Assembly (NCBI GenBank): GCA_943369525.1
Contig: CALRNL020000012.1
Span: 8,998-72,997 of the forward strand
Direction of reading: 5' to 3'
From: Synechococcus sp. UW140
GTDB lineage: Bacteria > Cyanobacteriota > Cyanobacteriia > PCC-6307 > Cyanobiaceae
Length of the DNA stretch: 64,000 nucleotides
The notes under the pieces were generated by a model. The model searched no databases. It saw only the letters and a program-made list of their open reading frames with translations, and had not been told where the DNA came from. Shown in pieces: positions 43,423-53,613 of this stretch; positions within the stretch are counted from its first letter, which is position 1, and every line of letters begins with the position of its first letter. The position numbers and the translations under genes were made by a program.

Positions 43423-45534
43423 ATGCCCGTGCTCAACCGCTGGTCGGATGCCGCCGCCGCCGAGGCCGTGGCGACCTATGGGGCCAAGGGGGTGGCGGAA
43501 GCCCTGGCCCTGCGCACCTACTCGGCCCGGCTGCTCGGGGCCGATCCCGACCTGGTCCTCCATGGCGGCGGCAACACCTCGGTCAAAACCACGGCCACGG
43601 GACTGCTGGGCGAAACGATCCCGGTGCTGTGTGTGAAGGGATCCGGCTGGGACCTGGCCACGATCGAGCCCCCCGGCCATCCGGCCGTGCGCCTGGAGCC
43701 CCTGCTGGCCCTCCGCGCCCTGGGGAGCCTCAGTGATGAAGCCATGGTGGCGGCCCAGCGCCAGAACCTGATCGATCCGGCTGCCCCCAATCCGTCGGTG
43801 GAGGCCCTGCTGCATGCCTTCCTGCCCCACACCTACGTCGACCACACCCATTCGATCGCCCTGCTGGCCCTGGCCGACCAGCCCGATGCCGAAGCGATCT
43901 GTCGCCAGGTCTATGGCGATCGCGTCGCCCTGGTGCCCTACGTGATGCCCGGCTTTGACCTGGCCCTGGCTGCCGCCGCCGCCTACGAGCAGGCGGCCGC
44001 CCGGGCTGCCGACCAGGGCATTGAGTTGGAGGGCATGGTGCTGCTCAAGCACGGCCTGTTTTCCTTTGGGGCGACCGCCAAGCAAAGCTACGGGCGGATG
44101 ATTGCGCTGGTGCGCCAAGCCGAGGAGCGCATTGCCCTGGCGCAGAGCGCCCAGGCGCCCAGCCAACCCGCCCCCGGGCCGGCGCCCACCAGCGCTGCGG
44201 CGGCTGTGCTGCCGGTGCTGCGGGGGGCCCTGGGCCGGGCCGCCGAGGCCCAAGGGGCGCCCCTGCGCTGGCTGCTCCACCTGTGCGCCACGCCCCAGGC
44301 CCTGGAGCTGGTGAACGATCCCCGCCTGGCCGATTGGGCCGGCCGTGGCGTCGCTACCCCCGACCATGTCATCCGCACCAAGGCCCATCCCCTGGTGTTG
44401 CCGGCTGAGCCGCATGCCGCCCAGATCGAGCAGGCCCTGGGGGCCTACATCGCTGCCTACCAGGCCTACTTCCAGCGCCAGAACGCCCGGGCCGGTGGCA
44501 TCAAGAGCCCCCTTGATCCCCTACCGCGGCTGGTGGCGATTCCGGGTTTGGGTCTGGTGGGCATTGGCAAAAGTGCGGCGGAGGCCTCCGTGGCGGCCGA
44601 CATCGGCCTGGCCTGGGCCCGCACCCTGCTGGCGGCGGAGGCCGTGGGCCGCTTCGAGCCCGTGGATGAGGCCGACACCTTTGCGATGGAGTATTGGAGC
44701 CTGGAGCAGGCCAAGCTCGGCAAGGGCAGCGAGAAGCCCCTGGCCCGCCAGGTGGTGCTCGTGACCGGCGCCGGCGGCGGCATCGGTGCGGCCACGGCCC
44801 GGGCCTTTGCCGCCCAGGGGGCGGAAGTGGCCCTGCTCGATCGCGATGGCGCCAGGGCCGACCTGGCGGCCAAAGCCTGCGGACCCCAGGCCCTGGTCCT
44901 GGCCTGCGACCTCACCGATGGGGCGGCCCTGGCGGCGGCCATGGACCAGGTGGTCGCGCGCTTCGGCGGCCTGGATCTGGTGGTGAGCAATGCCGGAGCC
45001 GCCTGGAGCGGCCCCATGGCCAGCCTGGGCGAGGCCGACCTGCGGGCCAGTTTCGAGCTCAATCTGTTTGCCCATCAGGCCGTGGCCCAGGCGGCCATGG
45101 CCGTGTTCCGGGCCCAGGATTCGGGTGATGCCAGCCAGGCCGCCCGCCGGCCAGTCCTGGGGGGCCAGCTGCTGTTCAACGTCAGCAAGCAGGCCCTCAA
45201 CCCGGGGCCCAACTTTGGCGCCTACGGCATCGCCAAGGCGGCCCTGCTGGCCCTGATGCGCCAGTACGCCCTCGAAGGCGGAGCCGAAGGGATTCGCTCC
45301 CATGCGATCAATGCCGACCGCATCCGCTCCGGCTTGCTCGATGACGCCATGGTCCGCTCCCGCTCCGCCGCCCGGGGCCTGAGCGAAGCCGACTACATGG
45401 CCGGCAACCTGCTTGGCCAAGAGGTGCGCGCCAGCGATGTGGCCGCTGGCTTCGTTGCCCTGGCCCTGCTGGAGCGCAGCACCGGCGTCGTGCTCACCGT
45501 TGATGGCGGCAACGTGGCGGCGATGGTGCGCTGA
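43423..45534 (+). CDS. bifunctional class II aldolase / short-chain dehydrogenase (rhamnulose-1-phosphate aldolase/alcohol dehydrogenase-like)
   Basis: N-terminal aldolase_II-like half (LVLHGGGNTSVK, VDHTHS). C-terminal SDR with VTGAGGGIGAA and the catalytic YGIAKAA (YxxxK). 703 aa. Confidence 0.85.
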   Translation: MPVLNRWSDAAAAEAVATYGAKGVAEALALRTYSARLLGADPDLVLHGGGNTSVKTTATGLLGETIPVLCVKGSGWDLATIEPPGHPAVRLEPLLALRALGSLSDEAMVAAQRQNLIDPAAPNPSVEALLHAFLPHTYVDHTHSIALLALADQPDAEAICRQVYGDRVALVPYVMPGFDLALAAAAAYEQAAARAADQGIELEGMVLLKHGLFSFGATAKQSYGRMIALVRQAEERIALAQSAQAPSQPAPGPAPTSAAAAVLPVLRGALGRAAEAQGAPLRWLLHLCATPQALELVNDPRLADWAGRGVATPDHVIRTKAHPLVLPAEPHAAQIEQALGAYIAAYQAYFQRQNARAGGIKSPLDPLPRLVAIPGLGLVGIGKSAAEASVAADIGLAWARTLLAAEAVGRFEPVDEADTFAMEYWSLEQAKLGKGSEKPLARQVVLVTGAGGGIGAATARAFAAQGAEVALLDRDGARADLAAKACGPQALVLACDLTDGAALAAAMDQVVARFGGLDLVVSNAGAAWSGPMASLGEADLRASFELNLFAHQAVAQAAMAVFRAQDSGDASQAARRPVLGGQLLFNVSKQALNPGPNFGAYGIAKAALLALMRQYALEGGAEGIRSHAINADRIRSGLLDDAMVRSRSAARGLSEADYMAGNLLGQEVRASDVAAGFVALALLERSTGVVLTVDGGNVAAMVR

Positions 45535-45624
45535 GGGACGGTTCGGTGGCCATGATCCGGCCGAACTTGGGGCCGGGGTTCGGGCGCTTGGGTTCCGGCG
45601 TGGGCCGGTTCGCGACCAAGGCGC

Positions 45625-47157
45625 CTAGGTGGGTCGGTTGGCCAGGGCCAGCCCCAGGCTGGCCCAGACCAGCACCAGGCCAAAACAGAGGCCGGTCCAG
45701 GCGGGCAGGCCCCAGCCGCTGATCGCCAGGGGGGCCACCACCGTGATCACCCCGCCGGCGAGGAGGGGTTGGAGCAGCAGCTGTTTGATCGAAAAGGCCT
45801 GCAGGGCCTCGCTGCGGTCGTCCGGATCGGCCATGCGGAGCAGCAGTAGGCCGCTGGCCGCCACGCCCGTGGCCTGGCCAAATTCGATCACCGCCCGTTC
45901 AAACCAGTCCTGGGGCAGGATCCGAGGCGCCAGCAGCAATACCACCGCCAGGTTCCAGAGCAGCCCGGCCAGGGAAAGCACCAGAAGGGGAAGCCAGTCC
46001 TGGCGCAGCAGGGCCAGATCCAGGCCCGCCGTGGCGGCCGTGATCAGCAGGTCGGCCGAGAGGGTGCCGGTCTGGCCCTGGATCGGCGCCGATACCCAGC
46101 CGTCTAGGTGCAGGCGCTCCAGTACCAGTCGCACCAGGATCGAGCCCAGCAGGGCCAGGGGAAAGACGGGCAAGGAGTCGATCACCAGGGCGAAGACGCC
46201 ACCCGTGCGCCCAGCCAGGCCGCGGAGCAGGGCCAGCAGGCCGACGCCCACCAGCACGGCCACCCCGGCCAGGGCCAGATTCACGGCCCAGGCGGCCAGG
46301 GTTTGCCGGGGCCCTTGGGGAGAAATCTCCCCCCCCGGCGCTCCGGCCTGGGCGCTAGGGGCTGGGCCGGCTGCGGCTGGGCTCGGCTGGGCGACTGGGG
46401 CCGGCCAGGAACTGGTCCAGCCCCGGCTGCGGCCCACCACCACCAGCACGCCGCCCACCAGGGTGGCGGTCAACAGCCCCACCGTGGACAGGGCCAGGCC
46501 CAGGGCTTCGCCGGCCGGAAAGCCCTGGCTGGCGTAGCTGGGCCCCATGGCGGCGGCGGAGCCATGGCCGCCCTCGAAGGCCACCTCGATCAGGCAGGCC
46601 ATCAGGGGGCTCACCCCCAGCCAGGGTTGCAGCAGCAGCAATACCGCCAGGCCCGCCACCAGAAACTGGCCAAAGGCAAGGGTCAGCGCTAGCAGCACCT
46701 GGGCCGAGACCGGTCGCCACAGCCCCGCCAGCTTGGGCAACGGCTTGGCCAGCAGCAGGGTGGCGAACACCAGGGTCAAGAGCACCAGGGGCAGGTCGGC
46801 CCAGAGCCCCATCACCGCTGCCGGCAGCAGGGGCAGGGGTCCGGAGGGGGCCAGGGCCAGGCCGATCAGGCCGGCCACCAGGGCCTCGGGGATGCCGACC
46901 AGCTTGAGCTGGAGCCGTTGGCCGATCGCCCGCCCCAGGCCCAGCAACATGGCCAGAGCGGCCATGGCCAGCAGCAGCCAGGGCAGGGCCCGGGCCGGCT
47001 CCTGCAGCCAGCTCGGCAGGGAGACCAGGGCGGCCGACCAAAGCAGCCCTAGCTGGGCTGCCAGGGGAGGGAGAATCCGATCCGGCCCTGGGGCCGCCAG
47101 TCCGCTCGCCCACCCATGCGCTAATTCCGTTGTTGCCAGGGGCCCCATCAGGGACAC
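45625..47157 (-). CDS. polytopic membrane transporter, GltS-like (sodium/glutamate symporter family)
   Basis: At least 10 hydrophobic segments. FEGGHGSAAAMG resembles the GGHGT(G/A)AA motif of GltS as I recall it. The start is either the GTG at 47157 or the ATG at 47148, which overlaps the S9 peptidase stop as TGATG. Confidence 0.5.
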   Translation of the reverse strand: MSLMGPLATTELAHGWASGLAAPGPDRILPPLAAQLGLLWSAALVSLPSWLQEPARALPWLLLAMAALAMLLGLGRAIGQRLQLKLVGIPEALVAGLIGLALAPSGPLPLLPAAVMGLWADLPLVLLTLVFATLLLAKPLPKLAGLWRPVSAQVLLALTLAFGQFLVAGLAVLLLLQPWLGVSPLMACLIEVAFEGGHGSAAAMGPSYASQGFPAGEALGLALSTVGLLTATLVGGVLVVVGRSRGWTSSWPAPVAQPSPAAAGPAPSAQAGAPGGEISPQGPRQTLAAWAVNLALAGVAVLVGVGLLALLRGLAGRTGGVFALVIDSLPVFPLALLGSILVRLVLERLHLDGWVSAPIQGQTGTLSADLLITAATAGLDLALLRQDWLPLLVLSLAGLLWNLAVVLLLAPRILPQDWFERAVIEFGQATGVAASGLLLLRMADPDDRSEALQAFSIKQLLLQPLLAGGVITVVAPLAISGWGLPAWTGLCFGLVLVWASLGLALANRPT

Positions 47158-49319
47158 CCCAGGGCGAAGTGGTGGCGGAAAAAGGCTTCCGTGGCCTCCA
47201 GCACGGCCACCCGCACGGCGCCACTGCGAAACCCATGGCCCTCGCCTTCGAAGCGATGCACGTCCACGGGCACGCCCCTTTGGCGCAGGGCATTGGCCAT
47301 GGCATCGGTCTGGGAGGGGGGCACGACCTGGTCCTCGAGGCCCTGGAAAAAGATCACGGGCGCCTGGATGCGGTTGGCGTGGTGCAGGGGGGATCGTTGG
47401 TGGTAGGTGGCCCGCTGCTCGGGCCAGGGGCCCACCAGGCTGTCGAGGTAGTGGGCCTCAAAGCGGTGGCCATCGGCCACCAGGCCCTCCAGGTCGCTGA
47501 CGGCGTAGCGGCAGGCCCCGGCCCGGAACACATCGCTGAAACAGAGGGCTGACAACACGGTGAAGCCGCCGGCGCTGCCCCCTTCGATCGCGAGCCGCTG
47601 GGCCGACGCCTGGCCGGCGGCCACCACCGCCAGGGCGGCTGCGGCGCAATCGGCGCTGTCGACCAGGCCCCAATGGCGATCGAGCCGTTCCCGGTAGGCG
47701 CGGCCAAACCCAGTGGAGCCGCCGTAGTTGACATCCAGCACCCCCCAGCCGCGGCTGGTCCAGAACTGGATTGCCAGGTTGAGGCCGCAGCGGGCCATGG
47801 CCGTGGGGCCGCTATGGCCCTTGACCAGCAGGGGGCTGGCCGGCGTGGCGCCGCCGGCCGGGGGGTAGTACCAGGCGTGGGTGTGGGCGCCGCCGTAGCC
47901 GCTAAACCAGAGGGGTTCCGGCCGGCTGATCGCCTCGGCCGCCAGGGGACTGGCGGCGGCGGGGCTATGGCGCCAGGGGCCGCCGGCGAGGTCCAGCTCC
48001 AGCAGGCCGGCGGGGCTGGTGGGCCCGCTGGCGAGGCAGGCCAGGGAGCCGTTCTCGGCGCAAAGGCCGCCAAGGTCGTTGAAGGGCAGCTCGAACGGGA
48101 TCCAGCGGCCTGGCGGGGCTGGGGCAGCCCGATCCGCCGGGGTCCCGGGAGCCGGTCCCGTTGGCCGGTAAGGGACGTTTTCGAAGTCGATCCGGCCCAG
48201 TTGCCAGCTCCCCTGCACGCAGGCGCAGGCCAGCAGCTGGCGGCCATCCCAGGCGGTGGTGGCGAGGCCCAAAACCCACTGGGGCGTGGCAAATTCCGCC
48301 TCCATCGGCAGCAGGGGCTGCCAGGCCAGGGTCGGCTTGGGCCAGGAGGGCGAAGGCGGGGCGAGGGTCTCTTCGCCATTGCCATCGCCTTCGCCATCGC
48401 CGCCGCCGTGGCCGCTGGCGAGGGCGATGGGCTCTAGGTCGGCCGCCGTGAGCGCCTCCGCCGCCGCCAGCCGCTCCAGGTTCCACCAGCCGCTGCGATC
48501 CCAGGCCACCACCAGATCGGCGGCAGGGGCCCCGGGGCCCGCAGGGTCACCCAACTCCGGATCGCCCAACCAAAGGGGCTGGAACACCGAGCTGGCCTGG
48601 CTACGGCCGTTGTCTGACCCGGCCACGGGTCGGCAGGCCGTGAGCCCTGTGCCCAGGTCTCCGCCGGCGCCATCCCTCCCTGGCGCCGTAAAGCAGCCCA
48701 GCCAGAGTTGGCTGCGCTCCCAGGGCAGGCAGGGCTGCTGCCATTCCACCCAGGCCAGGTGGCTGCCCCGGGGGCTCAGGGTTGGGTAGCCGCAGAAATC
48801 GGCGGCCTGGTGCAGGGTCACCGGTTCGCCCCCCCGCAGGGACACCGCCACCAGTTGGTCGCGCCCGTCCGCCTCCAGCACGCCGATCCAGCGCTGGCGC
48901 CGGCCATCGATCAGACCTCCGCCGAAGGCCCGGGGGGCCGGCCCGGTGAGTTGGATGGGTCCGTTGAATGGCGCCCCGGCCGGGCCCAGGTCCAGGCGCC
49001 ACAGGCAGCGGTCCCGGTCATCGACAAACACGGCGATGGCCTGTCCTTCGACGAGCCCCAGGGCGCAGGCCCCGCCCCCATAGCCATGGATGCGGCTGCG
49101 CAGGTTCCAACCGCCCGGGGTCAGCTCCTCGGCCGGGGGGCTCGCCCCCGCCCCGGCGGTGGCCACGCCAAAGGGGCGACGCATCAGGGTTGTGCGTCCC
49201 TGTTGATCGGGCCGCTGCTCCAGCCAGTGCAGTTGGCCGGCCAGGAGTTGGGGCTCCAGCAGGCTGGGGATGCGTCCCTCCACCGTGGACGCAGGCAGTC
49301 CTGCAGGGGTTGGCGTCAC
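47148..49319 (-). CDS. S9 family serine peptidase (prolyl oligopeptidase / acylaminoacyl-peptidase-like)
   Basis: C-terminal alpha/beta hydrolase domain with nucleophile elbow IEGGSAGGF. Later FFQGLEDQVV (Asp) and GEGHGF (His). Long N-terminal propeller-like region. GTG start. Confidence 0.85.
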   Translation of the reverse strand: MTPTPAGLPASTVEGRIPSLLEPQLLAGQLHWLEQRPDQQGRTTLMRRPFGVATAGAGASPPAEELTPGGWNLRSRIHGYGGGACALGLVEGQAIAVFVDDRDRCLWRLDLGPAGAPFNGPIQLTGPAPRAFGGGLIDGRRQRWIGVLEADGRDQLVAVSLRGGEPVTLHQAADFCGYPTLSPRGSHLAWVEWQQPCLPWERSQLWLGCFTAPGRDGAGGDLGTGLTACRPVAGSDNGRSQASSVFQPLWLGDPELGDPAGPGAPAADLVVAWDRSGWWNLERLAAAEALTAADLEPIALASGHGGGDGEGDGNGEETLAPPSPSWPKPTLAWQPLLPMEAEFATPQWVLGLATTAWDGRQLLACACVQGSWQLGRIDFENVPYRPTGPAPGTPADRAAPAPPGRWIPFELPFNDLGGLCAENGSLACLASGPTSPAGLLELDLAGGPWRHSPAAASPLAAEAISRPEPLWFSGYGGAHTHAWYYPPAGGATPASPLLVKGHSGPTAMARCGLNLAIQFWTSRGWGVLDVNYGGSTGFGRAYRERLDRHWGLVDSADCAAAALAVVAAGQASAQRLAIEGGSAGGFTVLSALCFSDVFRAGACRYAVSDLEGLVADGHRFEAHYLDSLVGPWPEQRATYHQRSPLHHANRIQAPVIFFQGLEDQVVPPSQTDAMANALRQRGVPVDVHRFEGEGHGFRSGAVRVAVLEATEAFFRHHFALGCP

Positions 49320-49375
49320 CGGTGGTCGTCTGCCGCGGCTCCTAGAATCGCCCCCAGTCGGAACGGGATTGTCCT

Positions 49376-49981
49376 TTGGCCAGCAGCTTCGCCAGGATGG
49401 CGCGTTCGGCGGAGCAGTCGAGCAAGGGGGTGCATGTCACCAAGGAGCCCCTGGACACTCCGCCCATGGCGATCCATACCCTGGGCGATGAGGTGCTGCG
49501 GACACCGGCTAAGCGCATCGGCAAGGTGGATGAATCGGTGCGGGAGCTGGCCCGCCAGATGTTGCTCAGCATGTATGCCGCCAAGGGCATCGGCCTGGCG
49601 GCTCCCCAGGTGGGCGTCCATCAGCAACTGCTGGTGATCGACCTGGATCTGGAGAATCCGGCCACCCCGCCCATGGTGCTGATTAACCCCGAAATCACGG
49701 CGGAAGGGGGCTCGATCTGCACCTACGAAGAGGGCTGCCTCAGCATCCCCGGGGTCTATTTCGATGTGGTGCGCCCCAGCGTGGTGGAGGTGAGCTACCG
49801 CTGCGAGATGGGCCGCAGCCGCCGGCTGAAGGCCGATGGGCTCCTGGCCCGCTGCATCCAGCATGAAATGGACCATCTCAATGGGGTCCTGTTCGTCGAC
49901 CGGGTCAGCGATGGCACGGGGCTGGAGGAAGGCCTCAAGGAGAAGGGCTTCGACCGGGCCCACGTCCGCTCCCTGCTCTGA
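49376..49981 (+). CDS. def: peptide deformylase
   Basis: Motifs GIGLAAPQ, EGCLSIPG and HEMDHLNG. The TTG start gives the N-terminal extension (MASSFARMARSAEQS...) seen in picocyanobacterial Def. TAGAAT lies at 49343-49348. Confidence 0.93.
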   Translation: MASSFARMARSAEQSSKGVHVTKEPLDTPPMAIHTLGDEVLRTPAKRIGKVDESVRELARQMLLSMYAAKGIGLAAPQVGVHQQLLVIDLDLENPATPPMVLINPEITAEGGSICTYEEGCLSIPGVYFDVVRPSVVEVSYRCEMGRSRRLKADGLLARCIQHEMDHLNGVLFVDRVSDGTGLEEGLKEKGFDRAHVRSLL

Positions 49982-49996
49982 ACACCTGCAATTCCC

Positions 49997-50194
49997 ATGC
50001 CGATGAAACCCCTGGCGGGCCTGTTTTTGGCCCTGGCTTGCCTGCTAGGCATTGCCGCCACAGGCTCCGTCTTTGAACTTGCCTACGGAGAGCCCGACCT
50101 GGGCGTCACCGCCACCCGCTGGATCCTGGGCGCCTCAATCCCCGGCACCCTGGTGGCCCTGGTGGTGGCGATCCGCCTCAACCAACCGGCCTGA
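49997..50194 (+). CDS. small two-TM membrane protein (65 aa)
   Basis: MPMKPLAGLFLALACLLGIAATGSVFELAYGEPDLGVTATRWILGASIPGTLVALVVAIRL. Two clear hydrophobic helices. 15 nt after def. Confidence 0.4.
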   Translation: MPMKPLAGLFLALACLLGIAATGSVFELAYGEPDLGVTATRWILGASIPGTLVALVVAIRLNQPA

Positions 50195-50252
50195 TCGGGC
50201 TTGCGGCCCGATCGAGCACTTCTACGATTTCCCCCTAGCCCGAATTCTGACC

Positions 50253-51278
50253 ATGACGCGCCTGGTCCGTCCCCTGGCTGTTTTGTTTTCGCTCGTCGGT
50301 GTGGCGGCGGTCGGCTGGGCTCCAGCGCCCCCAGCCCGCGCCCAGGCCTCGATGTTCAGCACCCAGGAGGTGGACCAGGGCAAGTTCATCATCGTGGCGG
50401 CACCGATTGGCGATGGCAGCCGCGCCCAGCTCAACATCTATGAGCAACGCAATGCCCAGCGCCCCTGCTATGCGGTGTCCGGCAGCCGGCCGGCGGTGGT
50501 GGATCCCCTGCTGGCCAGCTTCGACTTCACCGGCATTTGCAACCGCTTCATCGATGGCAACGGCTATTCGCTGCGGATCGGCACGGCCGATCTGGGCACG
50601 GTGTATCGGCTCAGCGTTGTGAAGGACTCGGCGGAAACCCTGTTGATGGCCCAACCCACCCGGCCCGACGCCGGCCCGGAGATGGTGGTGGCGCGCACGG
50701 GCGGCCAGGGCAATGGCTTTCTGCAGCTGGTGGCCGAGCCCGGCTGGCGGGTGATGCGCCGCAGTTTCGGCACCCGGGCCCTGGGCCATGTCTACGTGTA
50801 TCGGGACAGCTGGCCAGATCGGGCCACCGTCACCGGCCCCTCGCCCGAGCCCGCTACGCCAGCCACCAAGCTTTTGGTGGACCCCCAGGCCCCCTTGGAG
50901 CAGAAGGGAGCCAGCCAACCCCAGGTCCCCTTGGGCGAGAAGCCAGCCGTGGCTGGAGCCAAGTCGGCCCCGGGGACGGCCCCCACTCCCCGCCCCGGGT
51001 CGGTGCCCAGCTCCGGCTCCATTCCCAGCCAGGGAACCGTTCCAGCGCAAGGAGCCCGGCCCAGCCAAAACCAGGCCCCGGGCCAGGGGCCAGCTCCGAA
51101 ACCAGGCCTGGGGGCTTCCGCTCCAGCCCTAGGTTCCGGGGGCTCCAAACCTGGTTCCCTGAATCCCAAGGCTGGGCCTGGGGCGTCCAAGCCAGGGGCA
51201 GGAGCGCCCCTGGCCCAAGCCCCCAACCTGCCCGCCCTGCCGGCCGCAGCCCCGGTTGCGGCAAAGGCCTTGCGTTGA
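50253..51278 (+). CDS. DUF3747 domain protein with a Pro/Gly/Ala-rich C-terminal tail, secreted
   Basis: Signal peptide MTRLVRPLAVLFSLVGVAAVGWAPAPPARA. FSTQEVDQGKFIIVAAPIG...LNIYEQRNAQRPCYAVSG...FDFTGICNRFIDGNGYSLRIG fits DUF3747 as recalled. Confidence 0.7.
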   Translation: MTRLVRPLAVLFSLVGVAAVGWAPAPPARAQASMFSTQEVDQGKFIIVAAPIGDGSRAQLNIYEQRNAQRPCYAVSGSRPAVVDPLLASFDFTGICNRFIDGNGYSLRIGTADLGTVYRLSVVKDSAETLLMAQPTRPDAGPEMVVARTGGQGNGFLQLVAEPGWRVMRRSFGTRALGHVYVYRDSWPDRATVTGPSPEPATPATKLLVDPQAPLEQKGASQPQVPLGEKPAVAGAKSAPGTAPTPRPGSVPSSGSIPSQGTVPAQGARPSQNQAPGQGPAPKPGLGASAPALGSGGSKPGSLNPKAGPGASKPGAGAPLAQAPNLPALPAAAPVAAKALR

Positions 51279-51425
51279 TGCAGGCTGCGCCGGGTCCAGC
51301 CTTGGCTGGATTCAGCCTTGACGTAATCCAGGCTTGGGCCAGGCTCGCCATGGGTCCAATCCAGTCCAGGAAAGCCGATAGGGGCACTTGCTACGATCCA
51401 TTCACTGCTGAGCACCAAAGCGCTT

Positions 51426-51596
51426 CATGACCCAGGTCACCGTCGGCGAAAACGAAGGCATCGAATCGGCCCTGCGCCGTTTCAAGCGGCAGGTCTCCAA
51501 GGCAGGCATTTTCGCTGACCTCAAGCGCCTGCGTCACCACGAAACCCCCACCGAGAAGTACAAGCGCAAGGCCCAACAGCGCCGCCGCCGCCGCTG
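51426..51596 (+). CDS. rpsU: 30S ribosomal protein S21
   Basis: Not in the track because it is 56 aa. Hand translation: [56 protein letters not shown], the classic bS21 sequence. Confidence 0.93.
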
Positions 51597-51706
51597 ATTG
51601 GAGCCCACCAAGATCCCGGCAGATTGGCTGGACCCAGGTGGTTTCTGCCTCCAATGTCGCCCGTTTCCCCTGGCTTGGACCTAGGTCAGGCGATGCATCC
51701 GGCCCC

Positions 51707-51732
51707 GCCCACCAGGTTGGGCCATTTTTTTT
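51707..51732 (+). terminator. intrinsic terminator downstream of rpsU
   Basis: GCCCA-CCAGGT-TGGGC stem-loop followed by CA and a run of 8 T (51725-51732). It lies about 110 nt after the rpsU stop. Confidence 0.55.
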
Positions 51733-51808
51733 GGATCCGTGCTTCTACCTGTTGGCAGGTCGCTCTGGTCTTCCAAGACTGGGGCTAGTTCTCTGGGGAG
51801 CTGGATCC

Positions 51809-51955
51809 ATGATTCGCCTGATGGCCCGCTTTGGGCGCTGGTTTGGGAGTTCCCTGGCCCATGCCTTCGGTAATCCGAGGGAAGAGCAGCGGCACCTCCC
51901 CCCAGCGATTGGCGTCCAGCCCTACACCGGGGACAGGGCCCGCCATGGCCGCTAG
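51809..51955 (+). CDS. possible 48-aa protein (MIRLMARFGRWFGSSLAHAFGNPREEQRHLPPAIGVQPYTGDRARHGR)
   Basis: ATG at 51809, preceded by GGGGAG 8 nt upstream. It lies after the rpsU terminator. No family recognised. Confidence 0.3.
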   Translation: MIRLMARFGRWFGSSLAHAFGNPREEQRHLPPAIGVQPYTGDRARHGR

Positions 51956-51990
51956 GGGCTGGTGCTAGGGGCCTCCTAGCCCGGGGCCCC

Positions 51991-53613
51991 TTAGCCAGGA
52001 GCCTGGTGGTTCTGATCGAAACTGCGGTAGGTGAGGGCCTCGGCGATCGCCTGGCTATCGACGTGGTGCTCCCCGGCCAGGTCGGCAATCGTGCGGGCCA
52101 TGCGCAGGACCCGTTCGCCGGCCCGGGCACTCAGGGCCCGGTGCTGCAGGGCGGAGCGCCAGAGCTGCAGGGCTTCGGCTTCGAAGTGGCCGCATTCAGC
52201 CAGGTCCCGGGAACTGAGGCGGCTGTTGGCGTAGCCGCGGGGGTTGCGCTCGGCCATGCGCTGGCGGGCCTGCCAGACCCGTTCAGCCACCTGGGCCGTG
52301 GCGCCTGGTGAGGCAGGCGATCCAGGGGATCGGCAGGCTCGCCCTGATCCAGGCGATTGGGGGTGGTTCTGGCCGGACAGAGCGGTGCTGCTGGGCTGGC
52401 GGCCCGGCTGGCGATCGGGACCGAGCTCCTGGACGTGGGGCCGGCGCAGGATCACCTGCAGGTCGAGGCGATCGAGTAGGGGGCCGCTGAGTTTGCCCCA
52501 GTAGCGCAGGCGCCGGGCCTCGCCGCAGACGCAGGCCCGCTCCGGGTCCCCATACCAGCCACAGGGGCAGGGGTTGGTGGCCGCCACCAGGGTGACGGCG
52601 CAGGGAAAACGCAGCCGCGCCCGGGTGCGGCTGATCCACACCTCCCCTTCTTCGAGGGGCTGGCGCAGCTGGTTGAGCACGTCGCTGCGAAATTCGGCCA
52701 GTTCATCGAGGAACAGCACGCCGTGGTGGGCCAGGGCCAGGTCGCCCGGCCGCGGGATCGGGCCGCCGCCGATCAGGGCCGGGCCGGAGCAGCCGTGGTG
52801 GGGCGCCCGGAAGGGCCGCTGGCTGGGGAGCTGGCCCTGGCCGCCGAACAGCCCCGCCACCGAATAGAGCTGGCCCAGTTCCAGGGCCTCCTGCCGCTGC
52901 AGGGGCGGCAGCAGGCCTGGCAGGCGCCTGGCCAGCATCGTCTTGCCGCTGCCCGGGGGGCCGACGAGCAGCAGGTGGTGGCCTCCGGCCGCGGCAATCT
53001 CCAGGGCGCGGCGGCCATGGGGCTGGCCCCGCACATCGGCCAGGTCCAGCTCCCGGCTGGCCGGCGCCGGGGGGGCGGGGCTGGGCAGGCTGGCCCGGGT
53101 TGGATTGGCCAGGAGCTCCAGCACCTGGCTGAGGCTGGCTGCCGGCCAAACGGTCAGTCCCTCCACGAGGGCGGCCTCGGCCCCGTTGGCCTGGGGCACG
53201 ATCAGGGCCCGGGCCCCCGCCTGCTGGGCTGCCAGGGCCAGGGCCAAGGCACCGCGCACGGGGCGCAAGCGGCCATCGAGGCCCAACTCCCCCGCAGCCC
53301 AGACCCCCGCCAGCCGGCCATGGTCGAGCTGGTCACTGGCAAGCAGCAGGGCCAGGGCGATCGGCAGATCAAAGGCCGGGCCCTCCTTGCGCACATCCGC
53401 CGGAGCCAGGTTGACCACCACCCGGGTGAGGGGCATGCGCAGGCCGCTATTGCGCAGGGCCGAGCGCACCCGTTCCCGCGATTCCTGCACCGCCGCATCC
53501 GCCAGGCCCACCATCAGCACCCCAGGCAAGCCGGGGGTGATGTCCACCTCCACAGCCACCTCCACCGCATCGAGGCCCACCAGGGCTGCGCCGCTGCAGC
53601 GTGCCAACATCAA
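51991..53613 (-). CDS. YifB/ComM family Mg-chelatase-like AAA+ ATPase
   Basis: Lon-protease-like N-domain (VVNLAPADVRKEGPAFDLPIALALL), Walker A GPPGSGKTM, Walker B VLFLDELAEF, and C-terminal Mg_chelatase_C (RVLRMARTIADLAG). Confidence 0.9.
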   Translation of the reverse strand: MMLARCSGAALVGLDAVEVAVEVDITPGLPGVLMVGLADAAVQESRERVRSALRNSGLRMPLTRVVVNLAPADVRKEGPAFDLPIALALLLASDQLDHGRLAGVWAAGELGLDGRLRPVRGALALALAAQQAGARALIVPQANGAEAALVEGLTVWPAASLSQVLELLANPTRASLPSPAPPAPASRELDLADVRGQPHGRRALEIAAAGGHHLLLVGPPGSGKTMLARRLPGLLPPLQRQEALELGQLYSVAGLFGGQGQLPSQRPFRAPHHGCSGPALIGGGPIPRPGDLALAHHGVLFLDELAEFRSDVLNQLRQPLEEGEVWISRTRARLRFPCAVTLVAATNPCPCGWYGDPERACVCGEARRLRYWGKLSGPLLDRLDLQVILRRPHVQELGPDRQPGRQPSSTALSGQNHPQSPGSGRACRSPGSPASPGATAQVAERVWQARQRMAERNPRGYANSRLSSRDLAECGHFEAEALQLWRSALQHRALSARAGERVLRMARTIADLAGEHHVDSQAIAEALTYRSFDQNHQAPG

